Part shown: positions 49,167 through 59,640 of the stretch, piece after piece | Position numbering within the stretch: the first letter of the stretch is position 1 | Layout: every line of letters begins with the position of its first letter | Virus record (IMG/VR): IMGVR_UViG_3300046171_000197 | Source of the DNA: a virus | DNA: 64,000 nt | Strand: one strand, 5' to 3' | Program-made: the position numbers and the translations under genes | The notes under the pieces: model-generated | What the model saw: only the letters and a program-made list of their open reading frames with translations | Told to the model about the DNA's origin: nothing | The model's database searches: none

Positions 49167-50281
49167 AAATTGGATTAATCGGAGCAGGTAGATTAGGAAT
49201 CTGCCTTGCTTTGTTGATTGAAAAAGCAGGATATAATGTCCTTGCATCTGATAATCGAGAAGATTATATTAGAAGTTTACAAAACGGTATTATCGATACT
49301 GCTGAACCAGAAGTTCAACAGTATCTTTCTAATACAAATAATATAGAATTTACTACTGATAATATCAGAGTCATTGCTGAATGTGATATTATATTTACTC
49401 TTGTTGCTACACCTTCATTAGAAGATGGAAGTTATGATGTAAGTGCAGTCTGGAAAGTTATAGATGACTTTAAAAATATTCCTATATTATTAAATGAAAA
49501 ATCTTTAGTTGTAGGTTGTACTACAAATCCTGGTGATTGTAATGACTTTCAAGAGGCACTTAAAGATACTGGTATAAATGTATTTTATAACCCAGAGTTT
49601 ATTGCACAAGGTTCTATTATAACAGACTTACAAAATTCTGATATGGTATTGATTGGTGGAGATGGTAATCATAAATCAGAACTCGAACAAATGTACGAAA
49701 AAATACAGATGGGATTTATTAGTCCGTCTATCTATTTTATGAGTACAAAGGCAGCAGAGGTAACAAAGATTGCAGTAAATTGTTTCCTCACAACAAAGAT
49801 AAGTTATGCAAATATGCTAGGGCAAGTTCTTACAATGTCTGGTATGGAAGATGAGATTGATAATGTATTAAGATCTATAGGATCAGATGATCGAATTGGT
49901 AAAAAATATTTAAAGTATGGTTTCGGATTTGGTGGTCCTTGTTTTCCAAGAGATAATCGTGCATTCGCATCATATGCTAGTAAGGTAGGAATAGATCATA
50001 ATATTGGTGAAGTTACAGATGCTTTTAATGAAGAACATGCTACTTTTTTAAAAGAATATTTTATCTATAAAAACAAAAAGAAGTTACCATTCTTATTTAA
50101 TTACTTGGCATATAAACCTAATACTGATATACTTACAGAAAGTCAACAATATCGACTTTGTTTAGATCTTTTAAATGAAGGATATACAATTTACTGTGTT
50201 GATTCTTCACTAAAAGATAGATGTGATTCACGAATTGTTTACGAGAAACCAACTGAGGAAGTCTTTGAAATTAAATTATGA
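49163..50281 (+). CDS. UDP-glucose/GDP-mannose dehydrogenase family protein
   Basis: GAGRLG, VATP, YNPEF, GFGGPCFPRD, YKPNT. Confidence 0.9.
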   Translation: MKIGLIGAGRLGICLALLIEKAGYNVLASDNREDYIRSLQNGIIDTAEPEVQQYLSNTNNIEFTTDNIRVIAECDIIFTLVATPSLEDGSYDVSAVWKVIDDFKNIPILLNEKSLVVGCTTNPGDCNDFQEALKDTGINVFYNPEFIAQGSIITDLQNSDMVLIGGDGNHKSELEQMYEKIQMGFISPSIYFMSTKAAEVTKIAVNCFLTTKISYANMLGQVLTMSGMEDEIDNVLRSIGSDDRIGKKYLKYGFGFGGPCFPRDNRAFASYASKVGIDHNIGEVTDAFNEEHATFLKEYFIYKNKKKLPFLFNYLAYKPNTDILTESQQYRLCLDLLNEGYTIYCVDSSLKDRCDSRIVYEKPTEEVFEIKL

Positions 50282-51117
50282 TTGGATATAATACTCTAGG
50301 AACTAATGGGAGACTAGGTAATCAAATGTTTCAGTATGCTTCTCTTCGTGGCATAGCTGCAAAACATGATTATGACTTTTGCATACCACCAGAAGATCAT
50401 CTTACTTATGCTGATTATGCACTCTTCTTAGCATTTAAAATGGAAGGAGTTAAATCAGGAATTATAGATGGTAATACTGTGTCAGAATCTGGTTATGAGT
50501 ATGATGAAAATCTATTTAATGGTTGTCCTGATAATGTAAACCTTGATGGATATTATCAAACAGAAAAATATTTTAAACATATAGAAGAACAGATAAAAAA
50601 AGATTTTACATTTAAAGATGATATATTAGAAACTTGTAAAGAATACATCAAACAGTTTGATGACATTTCATTCTTACATATTCGTAGAGGTGATAATGTA
50701 GGTCGTGAAGATTATTATCCTATGCCATCTGCTGAGTGGATGGGGAAGATGGTAGAAAAACATTTCCCAAACAAACCAATATTAATATGCACAGACGATC
50801 TTGATTGGGTAAAGTCACAAGACATATTTAAAGACGATAAGTTTAATATTTCAGAAACAAGAGTATATTATGATACACCTGTTATGATTGGAGGAGGTTC
50901 ATATGCAAAATCTCTTGTTCCTTATTATGATCTATGCTTGATGTCTTTATGTAATGGTGGTATTATTGCTAATAGTTCTTTGAGTTGGTGGGGTGCTTGG
51001 TTACAGACATCACCAGATAAAAAGATTGTGGCTCAAGACCCTTGGTACGGACCTAAACTTGCATCTAACGATACAAAAGATCTGTATCCCGAATCTTGGA
51101 TTGTGGAGAAAATATGA
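50278..51117 (+). CDS. GT11 alpha-1,2-fucosyltransferase-like glycosyltransferase
   Basis: GRLGNQMFQYA, HIRRGD, IANSSLSWWGA. Confidence 0.92.
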   Translation: MIGYNTLGTNGRLGNQMFQYASLRGIAAKHDYDFCIPPEDHLTYADYALFLAFKMEGVKSGIIDGNTVSESGYEYDENLFNGCPDNVNLDGYYQTEKYFKHIEEQIKKDFTFKDDILETCKEYIKQFDDISFLHIRRGDNVGREDYYPMPSAEWMGKMVEKHFPNKPILICTDDLDWVKSQDIFKDDKFNISETRVYYDTPVMIGGGSYAKSLVPYYDLCLMSLCNGGIIANSSLSWWGAWLQTSPDKKIVAQDPWYGPKLASNDTKDLYPESWIVEKI

Positions 51118-51962
51118 GAGTTACTATATTAGGATCAGATGGGCAAATAGGATCATATCTTACACAATATCTTTCAAATAAAGGTCACATTGTAAGAGAG
51201 TTTGATATTGTAAATGGTGAACATCAGGATATGACTCACATACCAAATACATATCTTCGTAATGCGATTATGGAAAGTGACTTTGTTTTCTTTCTTGCAT
51301 TTGATGTTGGTGGATCTCATTACCTTAAAAAATATCAACACACCTATAAGTTCATTAACAATAATACTCGAATAATGGCAAATGTATTTGGTTACTTAGA
51401 AAATTATAAAGTGCCATTTGTATTTGCATCATCTCAAATGAGTAGTATGAGTTACTCTCCTTATGGAGTCATGAAGAGAGTAGGAGAACTATATACTAAG
51501 TCTTTGGATGGATCGATAGTAAAGTTTTGGAATGTCTTTGGAATTGAAAGGGACATGGAAAAGGCACATGTTATTACTGATTTTATTATAAAAGGATTTG
51601 AAACTGGTGTGATTGATATGATGACAGACGGAACAGAAGAAAGGGAGTTCTTATATGCTGAAGATTGTTGCGAAGCTTTGGAAACAATTATGGGTTGTTA
51701 CGATCAATTCACTTGTGATGACGAGCTTCATATCACTACTGGTATCTCTACAAGCATTTTGGAGATTGCACAAATTATACAAATATTATTCAGGAATATC
51801 GGCAAGGAAGTCGAGGTTATTCCAGCATCGACGAAAGATGAAGTACAAAAAGATGCTCGTAATATATCAGACCCATACATTGAAAGATGGTGGCAACCAA
51901 AAACTGACGTTGTAGATGGAATAAGTAAAGTATTTAATGAAATCAAATTGAATTATTTGTAA
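51114..51962 (+). CDS. NAD-dependent nucleotide-sugar epimerase/dehydratase
   Basis: GSDGQIG, ASS, YGVMK, NVFG, REFLY..D. Confidence 0.85.
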   Translation: MRVTILGSDGQIGSYLTQYLSNKGHIVREFDIVNGEHQDMTHIPNTYLRNAIMESDFVFFLAFDVGGSHYLKKYQHTYKFINNNTRIMANVFGYLENYKVPFVFASSQMSSMSYSPYGVMKRVGELYTKSLDGSIVKFWNVFGIERDMEKAHVITDFIIKGFETGVIDMMTDGTEEREFLYAEDCCEALETIMGCYDQFTCDDELHITTGISTSILEIAQIIQILFRNIGKEVEVIPASTKDEVQKDARNISDPYIERWWQPKTDVVDGISKVFNEIKLNYL

Positions 51963-52864
51963 TGACTGTTTCTTTTAATGGATTAGGTAACGAAGGTAGA
52001 TTGGGAAATCAAATGTTCCAATATGCTTTCATTCGTGGCATGTCTAAACATCATGGATATGATTTTATGATTCCACATCAGAGTGCTGATAGATTTGATA
52101 ACTATGGTTTGTTTGAATGTTTTGAATTAGAAGGGTGTAAATATACGGGTGAGGGTATCTTCAAAACATTAGAATGTAGAGATACTGCATTCAATCAAAA
52201 ATTTTTAGATGAGTGTACTAACAATACAAACTACTCTGGTGTATTTCAGACAGAAAAATATTTTGTAAATGCAAAAGAAGAATTAAGAAAAGATTATACT
52301 TTTCATAAAGATATTTTAAATCCTTGCCAAGAGTTTATTGATTCTTTGGGTGGTAGTGATAAATGTATTTTTTTACATCTTCGCAGAGGTAATCCTAATG
52401 TAACAGGAAAGAGAGGTGAGAAGTGGTCTTACCAACTATTACAGGATTATCATCCACTATGTAAAAAAGAATATTATCTTAAAGCATTAGAAGAGTTTCC
52501 AAAAGATAAAAATGTTATAGTTTTATCCGACTTATTAGATTGGTGTAAAAAACAAGATTGGTTGCAAGATGATAGATTTTATATGTCAGATGCATCATAT
52601 GAAGTCTTTGATGATGGAGCAAGTGTTCCTTACATTGATCTATGCTTGATGTCTTTGTGTAGTGGTGGTATAATAGCAAATAGTTCAATGAGTTGGTGGG
52701 GTGCTTGGTTGCAAAATGATCGAGGTAAAGTTGTTGCTCCTTATCCTTGGTATGGTGCAAAGGCTTATAACTATGGTAATGCAGAACTTTGTGATGCAGA
52801 CATTATTCCAGAAAGATGGACTAAAATTTACAACGACCCAACACCGATTGATATTGTAGAATGA
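51962..52864 (+). CDS. GT11 glycosyltransferase
   Basis: GRLGNQMFQYA, HLRRGN, IANSSMSWWGA. Confidence 0.92.
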   Translation: MTVSFNGLGNEGRLGNQMFQYAFIRGMSKHHGYDFMIPHQSADRFDNYGLFECFELEGCKYTGEGIFKTLECRDTAFNQKFLDECTNNTNYSGVFQTEKYFVNAKEELRKDYTFHKDILNPCQEFIDSLGGSDKCIFLHLRRGNPNVTGKRGEKWSYQLLQDYHPLCKKEYYLKALEEFPKDKNVIVLSDLLDWCKKQDWLQDDRFYMSDASYEVFDDGASVPYIDLCLMSLCSGGIIANSSMSWWGAWLQNDRGKVVAPYPWYGAKAYNYGNAELCDADIIPERWTKIYNDPTPIDIVE

Positions 52865-53670
52865 TTGGATTAAATTATCTTGGTAAAATGGGACAACTGG
52901 GAAATCAGATGTTTCAATATGCAGCACTTAGAGGTGTTGCGGATAGAAGAGGATTGGAATATACAGTTCCTAATCATAAAGAAGTTCTTGAAGATGGTTT
53001 AGGTAATAAACTTCGTATCGAATTATATGATGCCTTTGACATTAATCCAAAAAATCAAGGTTTATTGCCAACGAATGAATATGTTCAAGAGGCACATTTT
53101 CATTTTGATAAAGATTTATATAATGAGTGTCCAGATAACTGTTCTATAGTTGGATTCTTTCAGACAGAAAAATATTTTACAAATATTCGTGAACAAATAA
53201 TAAAAGATTTTAAAGTTAAAAAAGAATATAGAGATGATTGTAAACCAATACTCAAACAATTTGATAAACCAATTGCCTTACATATTCGTAGAGGTGACTT
53301 TCTAATTAATTCTTTAAATCATTACAACTTGTCAATGAAATATTATGAAAATGCTTTGGATTGTTTTGATGAAGATAGACAAGTAATTATATTTTCAGAT
53401 GATCCAAATTGGTGCTATAAGCAAAAACTATTTGCAAGTGATAGGTTTATCATAACCAAGTCTGATAGTCCTTATCATGATTTACATCTTATGACTCAGT
53501 GTGATGATTTTATAATTGCCAATTCGACTTTCTCATGGTGGGGTGCATGGCTTTGTCAGAACCCATTTAAAGATGTAATATATCCACATAAATGGTTTGG
53601 TCCTAATAATACAAGTAAATCTACTGTAGATTTATTTCCTAAAAGTTGGAGAATGATTGATGAAAACTGA
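52861..53670 (+). CDS. GT11 glycosyltransferase
   Basis: GQLGNQMFQYA, HIRRGD, IANSTFSWWGA. Confidence 0.92.
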   Translation: MIGLNYLGKMGQLGNQMFQYAALRGVADRRGLEYTVPNHKEVLEDGLGNKLRIELYDAFDINPKNQGLLPTNEYVQEAHFHFDKDLYNECPDNCSIVGFFQTEKYFTNIREQIIKDFKVKKEYRDDCKPILKQFDKPIALHIRRGDFLINSLNHYNLSMKYYENALDCFDEDRQVIIFSDDPNWCYKQKLFASDRFIITKSDSPYHDLHLMTQCDDFIIANSTFSWWGAWLCQNPFKDVIYPHKWFGPNNTSKSTVDLFPKSWRMIDEN

Positions 53671-54538
53671 TTTAAAAAATACAACATTTATAATTCCTCT
53701 AAGAATTGATACAGGAGATCGTCTTCGTAATGTAATCCTATCAACAGCATATCTTTTATATAATTTTGACACTACAGTTATGATAAAAGAGGTTGATTCA
53801 GAACGACGTTTTGAAACATTTGCTTTACCAATAATTGAAAGGTTGGTAGATACAAATAACCTTGTTCATATCTTTGAAGAAGAGACAAGAACTGATGATG
53901 CATTTCATCGTACAAAAGTTCTGAATGATATGGTCATGAAATCTACAACTGATATTGTAGTTAATTATGATACTGATTTAATTCTGCCAGTTAGTAGTTA
54001 TACAAATGCAGTTAAAATGTTGAAGGGTGAATATGATGTTGTATATCCATTTCGTTATGGTAATCATGGTGAGAGAAAAGTAAATCTTGGATTCACTATT
54101 GAAACACAGGAAGATATGGATGACTTTGAAAATAGTGATTTTGTATCTAAATTTTTAAACAATGATTTTGATCATGAATGCTTTGATGATCGTTACTTTT
54201 ATTATCAAAGTGATAGGGGTCAGGGTTGGGCAGAGTATGGTATGGTTCAATTCTTTAATCGTCAAGTTTATATTGATGGTTACTTAGAGAATGAAGGATT
54301 TATTGCATATGCACCAGAAGATGTTGAAAGACATCATCGTTGGAAAACACTTGGATATAATATTGGAAGAGTTGACAATCATGCATATCATTTAGAACAT
54401 CAAAGAACACAGAACTCATGGTATCATAATCCCCATATGGAAAGAAATAATAAATTGTGGGAAGATTTAAAAGTATTGAGTAAAGAAGATTTAATATCTT
54501 ATTATCAAAAGCAAGAGTATTATACTAATAGATTATGA
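53660..54538 (+). CDS. GT-A fold glycosyltransferase (GT2/GT7-like)
   Basis: FIIP, DTD motif, ENEGF..YAPED, YHLEH. Confidence 0.8.
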   Translation: MKTDLKNTTFIIPLRIDTGDRLRNVILSTAYLLYNFDTTVMIKEVDSERRFETFALPIIERLVDTNNLVHIFEEETRTDDAFHRTKVLNDMVMKSTTDIVVNYDTDLILPVSSYTNAVKMLKGEYDVVYPFRYGNHGERKVNLGFTIETQEDMDDFENSDFVSKFLNNDFDHECFDDRYFYYQSDRGQGWAEYGMVQFFNRQVYIDGYLENEGFIAYAPEDVERHHRWKTLGYNIGRVDNHAYHLEHQRTQNSWYHNPHMERNNKLWEDLKVLSKEDLISYYQKQEYYTNRL

Positions 54539-55284
54539 GTGATGTATATTTGAAGGCTTGGCATGGTGGTCTTGGTGATGCATTACAATTTTCTACCTTA
54601 CCAGAGGAGTTCTTAAAACAACAAGATAGAAAAACATATATTGTAGCAGATGCACCTTTTAGAAATGAGGGTATCTATGATTTGGTATGGGATAAAAATC
54701 CGTATGTTCATGGTAAAAAATTTGGTGAATGGAATGCAGGTGATTTACCAAGTATCCCTTATAGAGAGGATGGATTTTTAGAAGAGAATGGAACTGGTAA
54801 TATGATTCCTAACTGGGAGAAGTTTCATGGACTTAAACCTACTAACAAATATCCTAAAGTTTATTACGAACCAGAGAAAGATAAAGATGTAAAGGATTTA
54901 ATTATAGTGGACTTTACATCTACTACTGTGAGTGATACTAAAGCAGAATTAATTAAATGTTTAGATCAAATTAAAAATCAATATCCTGATCGTAAATTTG
55001 TATCAGTATCATTTGAAGATATTACACCAACTAAAGATCTGAGTGATGGTATTAAGTTTGATGGATATATAGAAGTGGAGAATATTTTTAGATACTGTGA
55101 TTTAATATCATCAGTATATGGTTATGTTTCACTTCATAGTGGTGGCACTCATCTGAGTTCTGCATTAAAAGAATATTCACCAAACTTAAAAAGCATTTGC
55201 ATATTATCAAAAGAGTGGTATAATGAACATGAGGTTCTAGATAATCATTTCCTTTTTGATAACATTGAGTATTTGAAGTACTAA
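54535..55284 (+). CDS. Putative glycosyltransferase (GT9-like features)
   Basis: GGLGDALQ and SGGTHL motifs; cluster context. Confidence 0.55.
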   Translation: MSDVYLKAWHGGLGDALQFSTLPEEFLKQQDRKTYIVADAPFRNEGIYDLVWDKNPYVHGKKFGEWNAGDLPSIPYREDGFLEENGTGNMIPNWEKFHGLKPTNKYPKVYYEPEKDKDVKDLIIVDFTSTTVSDTKAELIKCLDQIKNQYPDRKFVSVSFEDITPTKDLSDGIKFDGYIEVENIFRYCDLISSVYGYVSLHSGGTHLSSALKEYSPNLKSICILSKEWYNEHEVLDNHFLFDNIEYLKY

Positions 55285-55285
55285 T

Positions 55286-55672
55286 ATGATTGACCAAATT
55301 ATTACACCATTACCAGAAGTTGTAGATAGATATACAATCTGCCAATTAAAATTAGAGAGATTAGATCACACACAGATTGATGTTGATTCTATGAAAGATC
55401 AACTTGAGTATTATAAGAAGGGTATAGATTTTACAAACGTACAACTAATAAAATTATCTAAGGACTTATACAATATTAATGGTAGAATCTGGGATACAGA
55501 GGGATCTATCCGTGCAGGTTTAGATGATGAGTTAGGTTATGATGAAATTGGTAAGAGAGCAGTGCGAGTAAGAGATTTAAACAGAGAAAGAATGAGTATA
55601 AAAAATGATATCACCGATTTAACAGGTGAAGGATTTAAAGATTGTAAAATGAATTACGCAGGAGAAGGATGA
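55286..55672 (+). CDS. Helical hypothetical protein (DUF6165-like)
   Basis: VDRYTI..LK, IN.RIWD.E, N.ER..IKN.I. Confidence 0.6.
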   Translation: MIDQIITPLPEVVDRYTICQLKLERLDHTQIDVDSMKDQLEYYKKGIDFTNVQLIKLSKDLYNINGRIWDTEGSIRAGLDDELGYDEIGKRAVRVRDLNRERMSIKNDITDLTGEGFKDCKMNYAGEG

Positions 55673-56643
55673 CTAAGAGTTTAGTTACAGGTGGCGCAGG
55701 ATTTATAGGATCAAATCTTGTTGACCAACTTATAGAAATAGGACATAAAGTAATTGTAATTGATAATGAGTATTCTGATGCTCATGAACAGTTCTATTAT
55801 AATGATAAAGCAGAATATCATAACTTTGATATTCGTGATGCTGCAACAAGATCCTTATATGATGATGTAGATTATGTGTTTCATATTGCAGCAGAAGCAC
55901 GTATCGGACCTTCAATCGAAAGTCCAATCGAAGCAGTAAGTATTAACTCTGTTGGTACTTGTACTGTTTTACAATATGCAAGAGAAGCAGGTGTCAAGAG
56001 AGTTGTATACTCATCAACATCATCTGCATATGGTTTACAAGAACCACCTCATGTAGAGGCACTACCAGATAATTGTCTGAATCCATATTCAGTATCAAAG
56101 GTAAATGGTGAAAAGTTATGTAAAATGTATACAGATCTTTTTGGATTAGAAACTGTTATTTTTAGATACTTTAATGTGTATGGAAATAGGCAACCAATCA
56201 AAGGACAGTATGCACCAGTGATTGGAATATTTTTAAGACAACTAGAGAATGATCAAGAACTAACTATCGTTGGTGACGGTGAACAAAAAAGAGATTTTGT
56301 AAACGTCAAAGATGTAGTTCAAGCAAACATATTAGCAGCAACTAAAAAACTAGATAAGGATGCTATTGGTCAGGTATATAATGTAGGTAGTGGTATTAAT
56401 TATTCTGTAAATGAAATCGCAAATATGATTTCTGATTTTTCAATTAATATTGATGCACGACCAGGTGAGGCAAAAGAAACATTAGCACATATTAGCAGAA
56501 TAAATGGTACACTAGGATGGGAACCAACTATTAAAGTTGAAGACTGGATCTCAGAACAATTAAAACCTGAGACTCCACCAGTAAATGAGAATCCAATCAG
56601 GAAATCATTTGATAAAATAAAAAATTGGTTATACGGTACATAA
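55669..56643 (+). CDS. NAD-dependent nucleotide-sugar epimerase (GalE/WcaG-like)
   Basis: TGGAGFIGS, SSTSSAYG, YSVSK, RYFNVYG, GDGEQKRDF. Confidence 0.92.
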   Translation: MTKSLVTGGAGFIGSNLVDQLIEIGHKVIVIDNEYSDAHEQFYYNDKAEYHNFDIRDAATRSLYDDVDYVFHIAAEARIGPSIESPIEAVSINSVGTCTVLQYAREAGVKRVVYSSTSSAYGLQEPPHVEALPDNCLNPYSVSKVNGEKLCKMYTDLFGLETVIFRYFNVYGNRQPIKGQYAPVIGIFLRQLENDQELTIVGDGEQKRDFVNVKDVVQANILAATKKLDKDAIGQVYNVGSGINYSVNEIANMISDFSINIDARPGEAKETLAHISRINGTLGWEPTIKVEDWISEQLKPETPPVNENPIRKSFDKIKNWLYGT

Positions 56644-58248
56644 ATGACTTGGAATTTAATTACAGTTGCTTTTGGTGATAAAAAATATAGACAAGGGCAA
56701 CGATTTTTGACAAAACAAGCAAAGGAATGTGATGTAAATCATATTGAATATTCTGATCAAGATTTATTTAAGTCAGAACTTTATAAAGAATATCCTGAGT
56801 GGATGTCTCCTAAAAATAATTATGGTTGGTTTACATGGAAACCATATTTTATTCTTCAGGCTATGGAGAAATTAGAAGAAGGTGATAAGGTTTTTCTTTT
56901 AGACACTCTTGATATTTTTCATCCAGATATTTTTGATTATGTTGATGAAGTTATGGAAGATGATATATGTTTACTTCCATTAGGAAATTTTAGAAACGGA
57001 GATCATACAAAGAAGGATTGTTTTGTGTATATGGAATGTGATGATGAAGATTATCATGAAGCAAAACAATTAGAAGCAGGGTTTACTTTCTGGAAAGTAT
57101 GTGAAGAATCAAAGAAAATTCTAAGAGAATGGTTGGGTTGGTGTTTAGATGAAAAAGTTAATGGAGAACTAACTGCATTTTCAAACCTAAAAGAAGATGA
57201 TGGATTTGAAGGTTGTCGTCATGATCAAAGTATTCTTACTAATCTAGCAGTTAGAGATGGTCTTTCTGTTATTGATTCTGATATTAGAAGTCTAATCGAA
57301 TGTAATGCCGACTATTGGTATGAGAGATATTTCAAAGGACAAGCACAATTGTATAGACCAATTGATACTTTTATGGTACAGGTGAAGGATAATGTTGATT
57401 ATCTAAAACAAAAAGTTGTAGATAGTATTGTTCTTACAACACATAATCAACAAGGTGTGATAAAAGATGTTCTTAATGGTATTGAAAAAAATACGATTGG
57501 TGAATATGAATTAATTGTTGTGTTTGATGGGTGTACTGATGATACTGAGAAAGATGCTCTTGATTTTATAAATCAATCTTCTTTAAAAGATAAAACGATT
57601 TTTAAATATACTGATAATATTTTTGAAAATAAAGCCAATAACATTGGACTAAAACAATGTACAGGAAAATATGTTACAATTATTCAAGACGATCAAGTAA
57701 TCCTTGAAGAGGGTTGGAACATTAGAATGCATAAACCGTTTGAAGAATTTGTTGATGTGTTTGCAGTTACTGGACTTACAGCACATAATCTAATGCCAAA
57801 TCCAAATTCAATACATTTAGGAATGGAAGAGGATCTTGATGACTGTTGGTGTGATATACTTGATAATGTTGACATTGCACAGCAAAGAACTATTTCAAGA
57901 GATGTTTTTGCGATTAGAGGTAGTGCTAATCGAGGTCCGTTAATGATAAATCTTGAGGATCTTAAAAAGTTAAATTATCTTGATGAAGAGTATGCACCTC
58001 AACAACTTGACGATCACGATTTAATGTTTAGAATGCGTAAAGAACTTGGAAAAGTTTGTGGATGTTATTGGATCAATTTTGTATCAGATCCATCATGGGG
58101 TGCAAGTCGAAAAGACACTAAACATTTTACAGAAGCAAATCCTGTAAATGCAAAATCACATCATAAAAATAGTAAAATATTCTATAATAGATATAGTAGT
58201 GTATTTGAAGATTATCGTATTATTGAAGATAGGGAGTTACCTGAATGA
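56644..58248 (+). CDS. Two-domain glycosyltransferase (GT-A-like N-domain plus GT2-like C-domain)
   Basis: WKPYFI...RHDQSIL; DGCTD, NIGL, QDD, LDDHDL. Confidence 0.8.
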   Translation: MTWNLITVAFGDKKYRQGQRFLTKQAKECDVNHIEYSDQDLFKSELYKEYPEWMSPKNNYGWFTWKPYFILQAMEKLEEGDKVFLLDTLDIFHPDIFDYVDEVMEDDICLLPLGNFRNGDHTKKDCFVYMECDDEDYHEAKQLEAGFTFWKVCEESKKILREWLGWCLDEKVNGELTAFSNLKEDDGFEGCRHDQSILTNLAVRDGLSVIDSDIRSLIECNADYWYERYFKGQAQLYRPIDTFMVQVKDNVDYLKQKVVDSIVLTTHNQQGVIKDVLNGIEKNTIGEYELIVVFDGCTDDTEKDALDFINQSSLKDKTIFKYTDNIFENKANNIGLKQCTGKYVTIIQDDQVILEEGWNIRMHKPFEEFVDVFAVTGLTAHNLMPNPNSIHLGMEEDLDDCWCDILDNVDIAQQRTISRDVFAIRGSANRGPLMINLEDLKKLNYLDEEYAPQQLDDHDLMFRMRKELGKVCGCYWINFVSDPSWGASRKDTKHFTEANPVNAKSHHKNSKIFYNRYSSVFEDYRIIEDRELPE

Positions 58249-58844
58249 GTAGAATTGAATTAGATCGTTGGGAAGCAGCACAGACTGCTGAGTTTAGTCA
58301 TCATCAAGATCTTAGATTAGAAGCATACATTACTGCTACAAATGTCATAGCAAAATATTTTAATATAGATTATAAGAAAGACTTTAAAGATAAGGTTATT
58401 GTTCAAGTTGGTGCAGGTCCTAGAGGATCTATCCTGAGTACAGAAGGAAACTTTAAAAGAGGTTTAATAGTAGAACCACTTATAGATCGTTGGCCATCTG
58501 ATATTAGAGAAGACTATGAAAAGGTAGGTATAGAAATTATTGCAGCACCTTATGAAGACTTAGATATAGATGAGAAGGTAGATGAAACATGGTTCTTTAA
58601 TGTAGTTCAACATGTATTTGATCCAAAGGAACAATTAGAACTGGCAAAGAAAACATCTAAAATTGTTCGTGTATTTGAACCTATCGGAACTGGAACTGAT
58701 ACTGCACATCCTCATTATATTACTGAAGAAACATTCACTGATGTATTAGGTAATTTTGGTCAGATCTTTAAAGGTGGAACCGAAGACGGATTCTTTAGTT
58801 GTGATTGTTATTATGGAACTTGGAATGAATCTGATAACGTTTAG
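58245..58844 (+). CDS. Class I SAM-dependent methyltransferase-like protein
   Basis: VQVGAGP, VEP, NVVQHVFDP. Confidence 0.75.
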   Translation: MSRIELDRWEAAQTAEFSHHQDLRLEAYITATNVIAKYFNIDYKKDFKDKVIVQVGAGPRGSILSTEGNFKRGLIVEPLIDRWPSDIREDYEKVGIEIIAAPYEDLDIDEKVDETWFFNVVQHVFDPKEQLELAKKTSKIVRVFEPIGTGTDTAHPHYITEETFTDVLGNFGQIFKGGTEDGFFSCDCYYGTWNESDNV

Positions 58845-59640
58845 TTTATTTGGGGATAACCCACTATATTGTCAAGGTGCAGTAGAGAATGCAAATCTTG
58901 CAAGAGTCATCTATCCTGAGTGGACTGCAAGATTTTATGTCGCCCAAGATGTACCAGAAGATTACATCAAAGAGATAGAAGATTATGGTGCAGAAGTTGT
59001 AAGATGTGAAAAGAAAAATTCTTATGATGGATTGAATTGGAGATTCAGACCTCTTTCAAGTTTAAAGGTGCATCATTGGATAAGTCGTGATGCAGATAGT
59101 CGTTTAAGTTGGAGAGAAAGAAACGCAGTAGATGAATGGATGGAGTCTGATAAAGCAGCACATCTTCTAAGAGATTGTCATAATCATGGTTATACTATTA
59201 TGGCAGGTATGTTTGGTATTAATAATAAACTATTTCATGAAAGATATGGAATAATTAATTTAGATAATACTAATGCAAATTATAGAGAGGCAGATCAAAC
59301 ATTATTGCAAGATAAATTATGGCCATTTATAATAAATGATCATGTTTGTCATGATCATTGGAGGAACTCTGAGATAGTTGGTAAACCAACTTATCAATTA
59401 GGAGATCATGTTCATTACAATAAAGCATATGGTGTTGGTTTAGAATATTATCTAAAAGAAGGTGTATATAAAACTTTAAGTAACATATATCCAGAAGGTC
59501 AGGATAGTCGTCCTTTCCCCGACCACTTACCAATGGAGCATGGTATATTTGTAGGGCAAATTATAGATGAAAATAATAAACCTAAAATTAATATGGATGT
59601 TCGTTGGGAGTATGAACTAAGAGGTTTATCATATGAGTAG
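58825..59640 (+). CDS. Putative glycosyltransferase-like protein
   Basis: FSLFG, WRF.P, SRDADSR, AGMFG, DQ..L; cluster context. Confidence 0.6.
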   Translation: MNLITFSLFGDNPLYCQGAVENANLARVIYPEWTARFYVAQDVPEDYIKEIEDYGAEVVRCEKKNSYDGLNWRFRPLSSLKVHHWISRDADSRLSWRERNAVDEWMESDKAAHLLRDCHNHGYTIMAGMFGINNKLFHERYGIINLDNTNANYREADQTLLQDKLWPFIINDHVCHDHWRNSEIVGKPTYQLGDHVHYNKAYGVGLEYYLKEGVYKTLSNIYPEGQDSRPFPDHLPMEHGIFVGQIIDENNKPKINMDVRWEYELRGLSYE